Below are positions 36,901-49,639 of a stretch of 64,000 nucleotides of DNA, one piece after another (within the stretch, counting starts at the first letter, position 1; every line of letters starts with the position of its first letter). This stretch comes from Felis catus (Eukaryota): contig NC_058368.1 of NCBI RefSeq assembly GCF_018350175.1, forward strand, positions 116,810,001 through 116,874,000. The letters are read 5' to 3'. The translations under genes were made by a program, and so were the position numbers. Under the pieces are notes generated by a model. The model did no database searches and was not told where the DNA came from. It saw only the letters and a list, made by a program, of their open reading frames with translations.

Positions 36901-39900
36901 CAGTAGTAGTTAATGCTTGAGGGGCAGTTTCACTTCCCGTCCTGGAAGGCTTTGCCTGCTGGGAAAGATATGCTGGAAAGAAGAACTCAATCAGTTAGAA
37001 AGTACAGACTGAGGTCACAGTGGAGGTAGTTGAAATCCCCTTTCACTTAAAACAATATTGTATTTATTCATTTATTTGTCTTTTTCTTCACTTTAACTCT
37101 TGGAGGGCAGGGTACCTGCCCTAATATTATTCGTATCTCTGTCCCTAATTCCTAGCACAATGTCTAGTTTATTGTACATAATAAATAAATTTAGTTGCCT
37201 CTTGGAGGTGGCTACTATATCCATGTTACCTGTGAAAAAAACACAAGTCTGCTTCACCCAAGTAGTGTAGTAGAAAATAGTAGAACGCAGAATGCCAGAG
37301 CTGCGATTTGAACCTGTCTTTTAAAAAAAAAGTTTTTTAGGGGCACCAGGGTGGCTCAGTCGGTTGAGCATCTGACTTTGGCTCAGGTCATGATCTGATG
37401 CTAGTGGGTTCGAGCTCCATGTTGGGCTCTGCGCTGATAGCTCAGAGCCTGGAGCCTGCTTCAGATTCTGTCTCCCTCTCTCTCCGCCCCTCTCCCACTC
37501 TGTCTCTCTCTCTCTCTTAAAATAAACATAATAATAAAAAAAATGTTAATGTTTATTTATTTTTGAGGGAGAGAGAGAGAGACAGAGCATGAGTGGGGGA
37601 GTGGCAGAGAGAGAGGAGACAGAATCCGAATCAGGCTCCAGATTCTGAGCTGTCAGCACCGAGCCCGACATGGGGCCCAAACTCCTCTGCCATGAGATCA
37701 TGACCTGAGCTGCAGTCGGACGCTTAACCGACTGAGCTACCCAGGCACTCCCTCAAGTCTTTTCCAACTTCATCCATAGTGGGGTCCCACCGTGACTAAG
37801 GTGCATCCTTCCTGCCTGCTTCAGAGGGCTCTAGAGAATGGCTCCCTACCTAGCAACCAGTCCTAGGGTGGAAAACTTCACAGCTAGACTTCTTTAATGA
37901 TCCCTGGGAGTGGCAGAGCCAGATGGGAGGAGGGCCCCTGGAAAGGAGAGTTCCTGGAAGTACTGCATCCAGAAATAAATTGTTGGGGGGTAGGGTGGGC
38001 AGGGAGTCAGGTTCCTCAGAGGAACACTACATTGTAATAATACCAATCCTCTATTTTGGTTTCTGCGTGCCAGGCATTGTTCTATGTGATTTATGAGCAC
38101 TATGTCCTTTTAATGCTCACAGTTCCATTAGATGGATATTGTTATCTGTTTTACATATGAAAGAATGCAGGCTCAGAGGCCAAGCGACTTGCTCTAGGTT
38201 ACACAACAAATAGGTGATAAAGCTGAGATTGCAGCTCAAATGTTTGTGTCCCCCAAACCTTCATTCTCAGCATTCTGCTAGCCCTAGGTTATAACAGCTT
38301 GGCTGAGGCTGGGGGCATTGTAAGAAGGCTCTAAGGGGAAATTGCCCTCCCTGGACTCCAGCAACCAGGAATAAGGTACAGAAAACCATGCAGCTTGAGC
38401 CCTGCTAGGTTAGGGGGTCATGGAAAGAAATATTATTGATTTTTTTGTTTTTTTTTTTTTTTGGCTTACTGCGGAGAGCTTGGAAGATTTGAAACCAGCC
38501 ATTCCAGTTTCTGAATCTGTGTTCACAGCACATGATGTCTTTATACTCTTAACCTAGAAATGGTAGAGTTATTTTGGGCACAAAGCAAGAGCTGTGGCTT
38601 TAAAAATATGCCACTGTATTTATCTCTTCCGCTCCAAAATTACTGAAAATTAGCCCAGCTGTGGCCTGAGGCAACAAATAGCCACAAAATCTCCTTCCAG
38701 ATCACGCAGCCACTGCCCCCCTCAACCCCCCAAGCAGGCGGTTCACCCAGGAGTGGCACTCTCTGGGGAGTGGATTCAGACCAGCCTGCCTGGCTTCATA
38801 CTCACATCATCCCCTCCCTGCCACTCTAGGGGTCAGACTGCTAGGCCTGTGAGTGAGCTCAACTCTGTCTCCTCCTTCATCCCCAAGGCTTCACAGAAAT
38901 AAAATAATAATAACAAATCAATTATTGAGCTGGGGAGTCCAAGCCAAAAGAATTTTTCAGTTTTATTACCAAATCCCTATGTGATTCAGGGCAAAAGACC
39001 TTGCTGTAATTAAGCCTTCAGTTCCTTACCTATAGAATGGAAATTTTTTTTTTTTTTTCAAAGTAGGCTCCCTGTCCAGCAAGGGGCCCAATGTGGGGCT
39101 TGAACCTACAACCCTGAGATCAAGACCTGAGCTGAGATCAAGAGTTAGACGCCCCACTGAGCCACCCAGGCACCCCGGAAATCCTTTTTTATAACAATTA
39201 TTTTTTATAATTATTATTTATTATAGGGAATATATGTGTGTGTCTGTATATATATACATATAAATGCAAATGCAAAATGCTTCATAAAATGCTTGACCTT
39301 TAATAAGCAATTTATCAGTATTCCCTAAGTGACTGAATCTTCTGCTCCTCTGATCTTACTAACAAGTAAAATGTAATGAGTTTTTACTTTGTGTCATGCA
39401 CTGTTTTATATTCCATAAGGATAATTACATTTAATCCTGCAAAAACCCTATGAAGTGCTATTATCTCCTTTACACATGAAAACTGAGATACTAAATGATT
39501 TGCTAGACATAATATATACGCTATAGCCATATTTAAACCTACTATTCTGATTATAGAGCCTAAGGTCCTAACAGAGAACACGCAGTGTATTTTTACATTG
39601 TCTTGTTTCCTCGGAAAATTCTTTCCACTGACTTTTGAAGGCCTAGGAAGTAGTGGAGAAATGGTGGAAATGCTAGCCCAGGTGGTTGGAGCTTTATCCC
39701 CCTCTCTCTGATCCTGAACAGGATTTGGGTTGCAGACTGCGGTTCTCCTGTGTTTTGTGGGCTGTAATTACTCCGATTAACATTGCCCAATTCATAAAGG
39801 CTGAGTGAGCGAGAGGAGGCGGAGCTTGTTCGGGCAGCCCACAGCCCCACAGATGGTAGGATGGGGGTGGGGTAGAGCTAGGTCTTTACAGCCAGGTCTT

Positions 39901-39990
39901 TCAGCAGGTTTGATGGCGGATGGTTTTTGTCTTTTGGTCAGACTGAGCGTGTATGATTCTACAATCTGCTAGGTTCTGCTAAAACACACG

Positions 39991-40079
<89 letters not shown>

Positions 40080-43000
40080 TGAAATGGTTGCTTAAGACGG
40101 TGCAAACAAAATCGGAGCTGCTTGAGGCTGTAGTGGCAGGCTCCAGTGGGGAGAGGAGTCAAGGAAGGGGGAGAAGTGGGGTGTCCCTGCACAGAAAGCC
40201 TGCATGTTCACCTGCAAACCCAGAATCTGCAGAACCTTCTGTGCTGTGACTTTTCCCTGGGCAGCCAGAAGTAGCAGCGGCAGCCCCAGCCAGAGAATGA
40301 GCAATCCAGGGGAGCTGTCTGGCTGGGCCGGAAATGGCTGTAATCATTTAATAGCTTTTGCTGGCTGCACTGACCTAGCGGAGTGGGCGGTAGGCAGGCT
40401 CCAGAGTGCTGTCTGGAAAGATAGCCCAGGCTTTAATCAAAATGATGGGTTTTCTGGAGGCTCTTTATTAACCTTAGGACTAAATCCCAAAGATGGCAAC
40501 AAAGGGATGAATGGGGTGGTAAGGGGAGGGCTGAAACCTGCAGAATGGTCTGTGATTTTCCTGAGCTTGTCACTGCTGCATCCATGCCCCGCCCCCAGCC
40601 TCTGTTCTTTCAGCTGATTCTAGCTTAGGGGTTCCTGCCTGCATCTCTGTCTCTCAAATGGTGGCAAAACAAATCTACCAAAGTAATCGCTACATTTGTA
40701 TAATGCTTCAGGGTTTTCAAAGGGCCTTCAGGTACAGCTCAGCATGTGGTGGAGTTAAGACTGCCTAGGTTCCATCCGGTCCTAGGCTCTTCCACTAAGT
40801 AACTGGGAGATCATTGATCCTTAGTCTCTTCTTTTATAAAACAGACATACCTGTAAAACAGACATGGATATTGGCAATATTTACTTCGTCTGGTTCTTGT
40901 GAGGAGCAGAAATTATATTGCACACAGGTCTGCTTAGCCTGTGCCACGCACATAGGAAGAGTACAGAAAATGTTAAATACATCCAGAATCCTGTGGTGTA
41001 GACAGCAAGGTGATCATCTCCATTTTATGGATGAGAAAACTGTTTCAGAAATACTTATGCAAATTTCCCAGGACTTTGTATTATGAATGATAGAGGTCAG
41101 GGCAAGCTCTCAAGTTCAGAAGAGCAAAAAGCAAGGTGAACAGAGGAAAAGAGAATTCGACCCCCCCTACCCCCCCCCCCCCCCCCCAGCATACTCCAGC
41201 CTGTGACCCTCCAAGAGCTTTCCTCAAAGTACTATCCTTGGTCAAAATGACTTGGTGTTATTCTGTTGGGGAAAATTAATGTAAATCAGAAAAATCTCTT
41301 CTGGCCTCAGCTGACTGCCCAGAGCGGTTCAGAATAGGGTTGGGGGTGAGTTCACAAGGCTGGCATTTGCTGCACTCTGTTCAGGACCTTCCCCACTATG
41401 TGCTTTGGCAGACCCACTCATTCCCAGTCCCGAGGCCAAACTCTGGCCACAGTTCCTTTATAAAACAGTAAAGTTGGATGTTGCCAAAAAAGACCCTGGG
41501 CAGTGCCTAAGAGAAGTGTCTAAGGTGGCTTTATAGGATTAAATGAAGTGGCTAGCTACCTTCAGAGGGCAGGGGTTTTGTTGTTGCTGTTGCTGTTGTT
41601 GTTTTTTGTTTTTGTTTTTGGTGCAAAAAGGTGATTTTATTAAAGTATGGGGACAGGACCTGTGGGCAGAAAAAGCTGCCAGCAGTTTTTTTTTTTTTTT
41701 AAGTTTATTTATTTATTTTGAGAGAGAGAGAAAAAGTGTGAGTGGGGGAGGGGCAAAGAGAGAGAATCCCAGGCAGGTTCTGCGCTATCAGTACAGAACC
41801 CAAAGCCCAATTCGGGGCTTGAACTCACAAACCATTAGATCCTGTGGTGTAGACAGGAAGGTGATCATCGTGACTTGATCTGAAGTCAAATGCTTAACCA
41901 ACTGAGCCACCCAGTTACCCCAGAGGGCAGCTTTTTAAGTTGGAGATCTTTATGCATTTTAAAAAATATATCTGTTGTTCTGACTTTTAAATGTATTCCT
42001 ACATGTGGTGGAGAAATCAGCCAATACCAAAAAAAGGGGAGGAGGCAAAACCATTTACTGTAATTATGATTATATTCTATTAAAGCTTTTATTTATTTAT
42101 TTTTTCAATGTTTATTTATTTTTGAGAGAGAGACAGAGCATTAGTGGTGGAGGGGCAGAGAGAGAGGGAGACACAGAATCCAAAGCAGGCTCCAGGCCCT
42201 GAGCTGTCAGCACAGAGCCTAATGTGGGACTTGAACTCACAAACTGTGAGATCATGACCTGAGCTGAAGTCAGATGTTTAACCAACTGAACCACCCAGGT
42301 GCTCCTCTATTAAAGTTTTTAAATCCCATTGGCTTGTAATCTGAATGTCAGGGAAGGACTCTGCCTAAGGATCCAGACCCCCACCTGCTTGGTATATACC
42401 TGAAATCCCCTTTCTAGGCTCTGATAGAGTCTTAAAGTTTATTTATTTTTTATTTATTTTGAGAGTGAGAGATGCTGGGGGTTGGGGGCTGGGCAGAGAG
42501 AATCCCAAGCAGGCTTCACACTGTCAGTGCAGAGCCCGATGCTGTGCTTGAACTCACCAACTGTGAGATCATGACCTGAGCCAAAATCGGGAGTCGGAAA
42601 CTTGACTGAGCCACCCAGGTGCCCCTCCCCCCCATAGAGTCTTGACTTGTCAGTCTTGGCCTTGCCAGTGAGCTAGGTTCCCTAGGACCAGAGGGGAGGG
42701 ACTTGTGGGAAGTCACAGGAGGGGAAAAGGAAAAGAGAAAACATTCCCTGGATTGACTATTTGCTGGTACTGGCCCTGGTGTCTCTTCCTTTCTCATCTT
42801 CTTTAAAGGGGAGTATTTCCTTGATCCTGCCCCCAAAGTCACAGCATTTTATAGGTGAATATGGCCAAGGGGCTTTAGTGCTCTTGGTCAAGAAGGACTC
42901 AAGATTAGGAGGTCAGTAAGTGTTGTTCGTCAGATTCTGAAGCTCTTATTTCACCTGAATGAGCCCTCAGAGATGTTTGCTTACACATGAACCAGAACAG

Positions 43001-46000
43001 GTTAGTCACAATCGTCTGTAAGGGACTCTAGAAACCAGATTTCCTTCTGCTCTGCAGAAGCTGGATATGAGGAAGATGCACTGGAATGGATCTCTGATCG
43101 CTTCTTGGAGTTAAGGCTGAGTCAGACCAACCGAGACTCCCTGCAAAGGCCGAGAAGCTCAGTGACATGTAAAAGAAACTCATTAACTCTTAGCAGTCCT
43201 GCTGTGAGGGGCTCCCTTGTCCAACAGACCTAGCCTTTAATGTCCTTTAATTCTGCAAGATAAAGACATCTCTGAGCTCTGCATCTCCAGATGACAGTCC
43301 TGAGGCCTCATGCAGAGTCCTGGCTGTGGTTGGGAAAAATTTCCATCCTGGGCTATGTGAGAGACCCCAGAGTGGTGTTGAAACCCAGTTTTCCTAGATG
43401 ACAAATCCCGGCTTTTAAACATCTGCCTTGCTTTTGTCTCCATCTCTCAAGGACGGGGTCTGTATGTTAAAGGTAAACAGGCAGCTTCTGGCTGAGCTCA
43501 GTTGCAGATTTATCTCCGATGGCTAAAGAAATTAGTCTCAGAGAAAAAGCATCCGTGGCCCCCGTGCCCACAGAGCTGTAAAGTTCACTCTGCCAGGGGA
43601 AGCATGTTGTAGGGAAAGAGATTTGGGGGAGAGATGAAAGTTCCTTGCTTCTTTTCCCTACTGCCTGCTGGTACTTGAGCTAAATTTGCAATATATTCTT
43701 AACCTGCCTTCCTAGCCCCAAGAGCTGTGCCATATATAGCTGCCCATATGTGGTTCAATTTATTGGGCTCTTACGTTGTGCTGGCGATCAGGCTTAGCAC
43801 TTTACACACATCACTCCACTGTCTTTAGGGACAAGCAGCAGTGAGTGCAGTCAGTGGAGGGCTGTTGGATCTGTTGGAGGGCCTGCTGCTTCTCCTACCA
43901 GTCCTTGAATTCACCCACCCAGCAAGTATTTATTTAAACCCCTGTCATGGGCCAGGAATTGTGCTAGACTCTGCTTAGGGAGTGGTGAATGAAGCAGATA
44001 CCTTTTCTGCCTCTCTGGATGTTACAGTGACAGATGGAGGTGAAGGACATTGCTGCTTGGCCGGGAGGGTCACAGAACACCTCAGTGAGGGGGTTACATT
44101 TGAGCACAGACTTGAAGAATGAGGAGTCCTGCTAAGAATGAAGGGGAGATCATTCTAGGCAAAAGGAAACTGTGCGTACAGGCCTTGAGGCAAAAACAAT
44201 CCCAAGAGTCTGAGGACCCAAAAGAAGGCCTGTGTGGCCAGAGGCTAGTGGTGAGAGGGAGTCTTGGAGATGAGATTGGAGAATAAAAAATATCAGATTA
44301 TTGAAGGGCCTTATATACCATGTTAGGGAGTTTGATTTTTATTATTTTGTTAAGGCAGTAGAAAGCCTCTGAATAATTTTAAGCAGAGGAGTGATGTAAT
44401 CTGGTTTCTATTTTTAAAGAATTTTACTGTATGTATGCTATATTTCAGTTTTTAAAAAAGGGAGAAAAACTTAAGGAGTAAAGATGACTCTGGCTCCTGG
44501 GTGGAGGGCTAGAGAGAAGCAAAAGTCAAAGCAGGCTGGACAAGGAAGAGCCTGTTGCTATAATTCACATTCAAGGTAATGGTGCCCTGAAAAAAAGGTA
44601 GTGACAGTTCATATGGAGAGAAAAGGACAAAGTCAAGGTATATTTAGGAGGCAGGAATGACAGATCTTGATATACGTTAAGTGGAGAACGGAGAATAGGG
44701 AAAAAAAATGGAAGTTTCTGGCTTGAGCATTAAGGTGAATGGAATGCCATTTATTGAGACTGGAGAGATTTAGAAAGGAATAGATGAGAGGAATCAAGAG
44801 TTCTTTCTGCTTGAGATGTCCTATGAGACTTTCAAGAATAGATATAGGATGGGCATTTGGAGACATGAGATTGGAGCACAGAGGGATACAGTCTCTAAAT
44901 ATAAATCTATATCTCATCAGCATATTTGGACAGTACATATACTGATGGACATGGCTGAGACCTCGAAAGGAGTGAAGAGAAAGAAGGTACAGTGCCAAAA
45001 GAGGAGAATGGTTTGATAAGGAACTCATAAAAACAAGTGTCTCCCAAAGCGGCGGACAGATGCCCCTGAGAGGTTCACTATGGTGCAGACTAAAATGTGC
45101 CCACTGGCTTTGGCAATAACGTGATTAGTGAGCTTGACATGAGCAGTGTTAGAGAAGTAGAGTCTAAGAATGCCAAATGAGAGGAGATAGGTAAGTGACA
45201 GGTCGGGAGATGGAAATGGCAGATGTAGAGAATCTGAAACTGCCATCAAATGTAAATGGTTTATCTTGCAGAATTTTTCAGGATTCCACCCCAGGAGCAG
45301 TGTCAGATACATGCATGCTACTGTGATGTCAAATGGTTTCAGTGTCGTGGCCGCTGGGATTACTTTACACAGAAAGACCATTACTCTTCCTCTCTAGATC
45401 TGACCTCTACTCTTCTAGAAGTCATCCATATCGTTTATCATGTGTCTTCCAGCTAGATTCTTGGGGAGGTCTTGCATTGAAAACCCCTGTGGATACATCA
45501 TAATTTCCCCCTACCCAGGGCAAATTTCATCTCTCCTCTGGAATCTCCTTTGACTTTCTCAAGTATAATTAATTTTTTCCTCTGGAATCCCATAACACTT
45601 CTTGTGTACCTTGGTCATTGCATTTATCCAGTTGCCTTATAATTGCTTGAGTGTCTGTCTCAACTAGACTCTGAGCACACTGAGGGAGGGGGCTGGGTTT
45701 GGAAAGTAAGGTTGGCTCCCAGTGCTTTACCCAAACAGGACTATATTTACAACAGGATTCCATTCTTCTATACTAGGTAGCATCTCTCTATACCCACACA
45801 TCTTTCCATCTCTTCTCTGCTTCATCCCATCACCCCTCAAGGTTATTGTGATGCAATTAGGATCAAATAGTTGGTTCCACTAATTCATCTTTTGTTTTGG
45901 ACAAAGTAGGTGTCAAAATACATTTGTAGCCAAAGTTTTCTGTAATCACACACTAATTTGCTGCTGCTTATGCTGCAGCTGCTGCTGCTTCCTTCCCCCC

Positions 46001-48935
46001 CCCCCCCACCCAACCTCCTCCTTCTTCCTCCCCCTATCTCCCTGCCTCCCCCCGCCACCTTCTTCCATCATGTACCTCTGGTTCAGGTTTTTCGCCCCTT
46101 ACCTGAAGACAATTAAAGTATTTTGAGTATAATTGCAGACAAAGGTTCTGAAATCCTTTGGCGGTTCTTAGTTTGGGGGAGTCAGGGGATGGGGGTGTTT
46201 TCCAGGTACCACAGAATCTACTTATGTCTACAGCTGCCTTTTATGTTACCATCATTATTGAGACCTCCATTTAAAAAATTCTAACAGAGAACTCAGGAGA
46301 CCCCAGAGGTCCTTAGAACTGGTTTGAGAAAACAGTAGTGTCTACCCAAAATGAGATTCAAGTATTTCAGTTTGTGATTACAATAACAAATGCCCAGGGC
46401 TTCTTTCATTGTAGAAAGACTACAAAAAGTTAATTAACAGCACTAATTGTTCCAGGGAATGCCCTGTTTACAATAGCTCTTACAACCTCAGGACTTTTGG
46501 TTCTTTGTTTCTTTTTATGAAAAAGATTCTCTTTAATAATATTTTTTTTTCTTTTTACTGAGGTATAGACGTATAACATTATATTAGTTTCAGGTATACA
46601 ATATAATGATTTGATAGGTGTATACATTATAAAATGATCACCACATTAAGTCTAATTGACATCTGTCACTATAGTTACAAAAGAATTTTGTTTGTGTGTA
46701 TGTATGTGTGATGAGAACTTTCAGATCTCTCTTGGCAGCTTTCAAGTAAGCAGTATCATCACCCAGGTGATTAAGAGTCCGACTCTTGATCTCAGCTCAG
46801 GTCATAGTTTCAGGGTTGTGAGTTCAAGCCCTGCATTGGGCTCTGCACTCTCAGTGGGGAGCCTGCTTGGGATTTTCTCTCTCACTCTCTCTCTGTGTCT
46901 CCCCTGTTTGCGCATGCTCTCTCTCAAAATAAATAAATAAATAAGTTTAAAAAAAGAAAATAATTGGGGCGCCTGGGTGGCTCAGTCAGTTAAGCGTCCA
47001 GCTTTGGCTCAGGTCATCATCTCATGGTTTATGAGTTTGAGCCCCGCATCAGGCTCTACACTATCGGCACAGAAGTTTAAAAAAAGAAAGGAAGGAAGGA
47101 AGAAAGGGAGAAAGGAAGAAAAGAGATGCTTTTTTAAAAACAAACAAACCCAGAAACAATCATCACCATGCTGTATGTTAACATCCCAGTGACTTACTTA
47201 TTTATAACTGGAAGTTTGTACTTTCTGACCACCTTCACCCATTTCACACATACCTGTCCCCTTCCTGCAGCTGGCTACCACTAATTGGTTCTCTGTCTCT
47301 ATGAGCTTGGCTTTTTGTTTTTGGTTTTGTTACTGTTGTTTTTTAGGTTCCACACATAAGTGAGATCATACGTTATTTGTCTTTCTCTTTCTGACTTATG
47401 TTGCTTAGAATAATGCCCTGAAATTTCATCCATGTTGTTGCAAACGGCAAGATTTCATTCTTCTTATGGCTGAATAATACTCCATTATATATATTGTCAA
47501 ACATGAATAAAATCGCCAGTTATTTTACCAACAAAATGAGTTTATTAGGGAATAGCAGAGGAATGCAATTTGGACAAATTGTGGTAAACCACAGGCAAGT
47601 CCTAAGAGACTAAGGAAAGGTCACCTCTTACTAGGTTTTAGGAGGAAATTGGGGAGGGTTGTTTTGATCAAAATTCTTTGGAAAAGAACAAGAGTCTGAG
47701 ATCCGTGGTGGTTTCTCTTTGGCTTCAGGTGGTGGTTATTGTGTTGTTGCTGGGGCAGGGAGAGATTGTCCTTTCTTTGTCTTACAAGCAGGTGATAAAA
47801 GTCCTGTGTAAAAAGTATCTTTGTCAAGATAAGAGCTACCTTCCTTCTTGTTGGTAGTGCGGGCTTCCAGCAGTGGTATGTGTGCGAGAGATCCCCCTTC
47901 CAGGCTTCCTGACTCCATTATTTTTTTTTTTTTTTAAAGTAAGCTCTACTTGCAACATAGAGCTTGAACTCACCACCTAGAGATCGAGAGAGTCACATGC
48001 TCATGGATTAAGCCAGCCAGGTGCCCATCCTGACTCCATTAAATGAGGTTTTCTTTACTCATTTTTACAATACATGCCACATTTTCTTTACCCATTCTTC
48101 CATCTACGGACACCTAGGTTGTTTCCATATCTTGGCTATTGTAAATAACGCCACAGTGAACACAGGAGTGCACATATCTTTTCAAGTTCGTGTTTTCATT
48201 TTCTATGGATCAATACCCAGAATTACTAGATTGTATGGTATTTCTATTTTTAATTTTTTGAGGAATCTCCATACTGTTTTCCATAGTGGCTGCACCAGTT
48301 TACATTCCCACCGACAGTGCTCACAGGTTGCCTGTTCTCCACGTCCTCGCCAGCACTTGTTATTTCTTGTCTTTTTGACGATAGCCATTCTGACAAGTGG
48401 GAAATGATATCTCACTGTGGTCTTGATTTGCCTCTCCCTGATGATTAGTGATAACTGGGCAACTTTTCATGTACCTTTTGACCATTTGTATGTCTTCTTT
48501 TTAAAAAAGCCTATTCAAATCTTCTGCCTGTTTTGAAAATCAGAGGGTATATTCTTTTGCTGTTGAGTTGAATGAATTCTTTATACATTTTGGATATTAA
48601 CCACTTATCAGATATATGATTTACAAGTATTTTATCCCATGCAGTAGGTTACCTTTTCATCTTGTTGATGGTTTAGTTTGTTGGGCAGCAGCTTTTTAGT
48701 TTGACGTAGTGTAGTTTGTTTATTTTGCTTTTATCGCTTTTCCTTTTGGTGTCAGATTCACAAAGACTCACGTCAGGGAGCTTACTGCCTATGATTTCTT
48801 TGAGGAGTTTTATGCTTTCAGGTCTTATGTTCAAGTCTTTAATCCATTTTGAGCTTATTTCTGTGCGTGGTGTAAGACAGGGGTCCGGTTTCATTCTTTT
48901 GCACATAGACGTCCAGTTTTCCCAAAACCATTTCC

Positions 48936-48974
<39 letters not shown>

Positions 48975-49608
48975 TTTTTTCAACGTTTATTTATTTTTGG
49001 GACAGAGAGAGACAGAGCATGAACGGGGGAGGGGCAGAGAGAGAGGGAGACACAGAATCGGAAACAGGCTCCAGGCTCCAGGCTCCGAGCCATCAGCCCA
49101 GAGCCTGACGCGGGGCTCGAACTCCCGGACCGCGAGATCGTGACCTGGCTGAAGTCGGACGCTTAACCGACTGCGCCACCCAGGCGCCCCCCAAAACCAT
49201 TTCCTAAAGAGAATGTCCCCTCCCCACTGTATATTCTTGCCTCCTCTGTGGTAAATTAATTGACATATATGCATGGGTTTACGTCAGGGTCCTCTATTCT
49301 GTTTCAATGATCTAAGTGTCTGTTTTTATGCCAATACTATACTGTTTGATGACTATAGCTTTGTAATATAGCTTGAAATCAGAAAGCATGATGTCTCCAG
49401 CTTTGTTCTTTCTTCTCAAGATTGCTTTGGCTGTTGGGGCGCCTGGGTGGCTCAGTCATTTGAGTGTCCGACTTCGGCTCAGGTCATGATCTCACCATTA
49501 GTGGGTTCATGCCCCACGTCAGGCTCTGTGCTGACAGCTCAGAGCCTGGAGCCTGCTTCGGATTCTGTGTCTCCCTCTCTCTCTGCCCCTCCCCCACTCA
49601 TGCCCTTG

Positions 49609-49639
<31 letters not shown>

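Noticed and set aside
38740..38840. Partial CTCF-like strings (ccaggagtggcac, ccactctaggggtcag)
   Set aside because: Spacing and mismatches are too far from consensus to call by eye.
32137..49274. ORFs within L1 and SINE sequence
   Set aside because: Frameshifted L1 ORF2 remnants or SINE-derived pseudo-ORFs, not genes.
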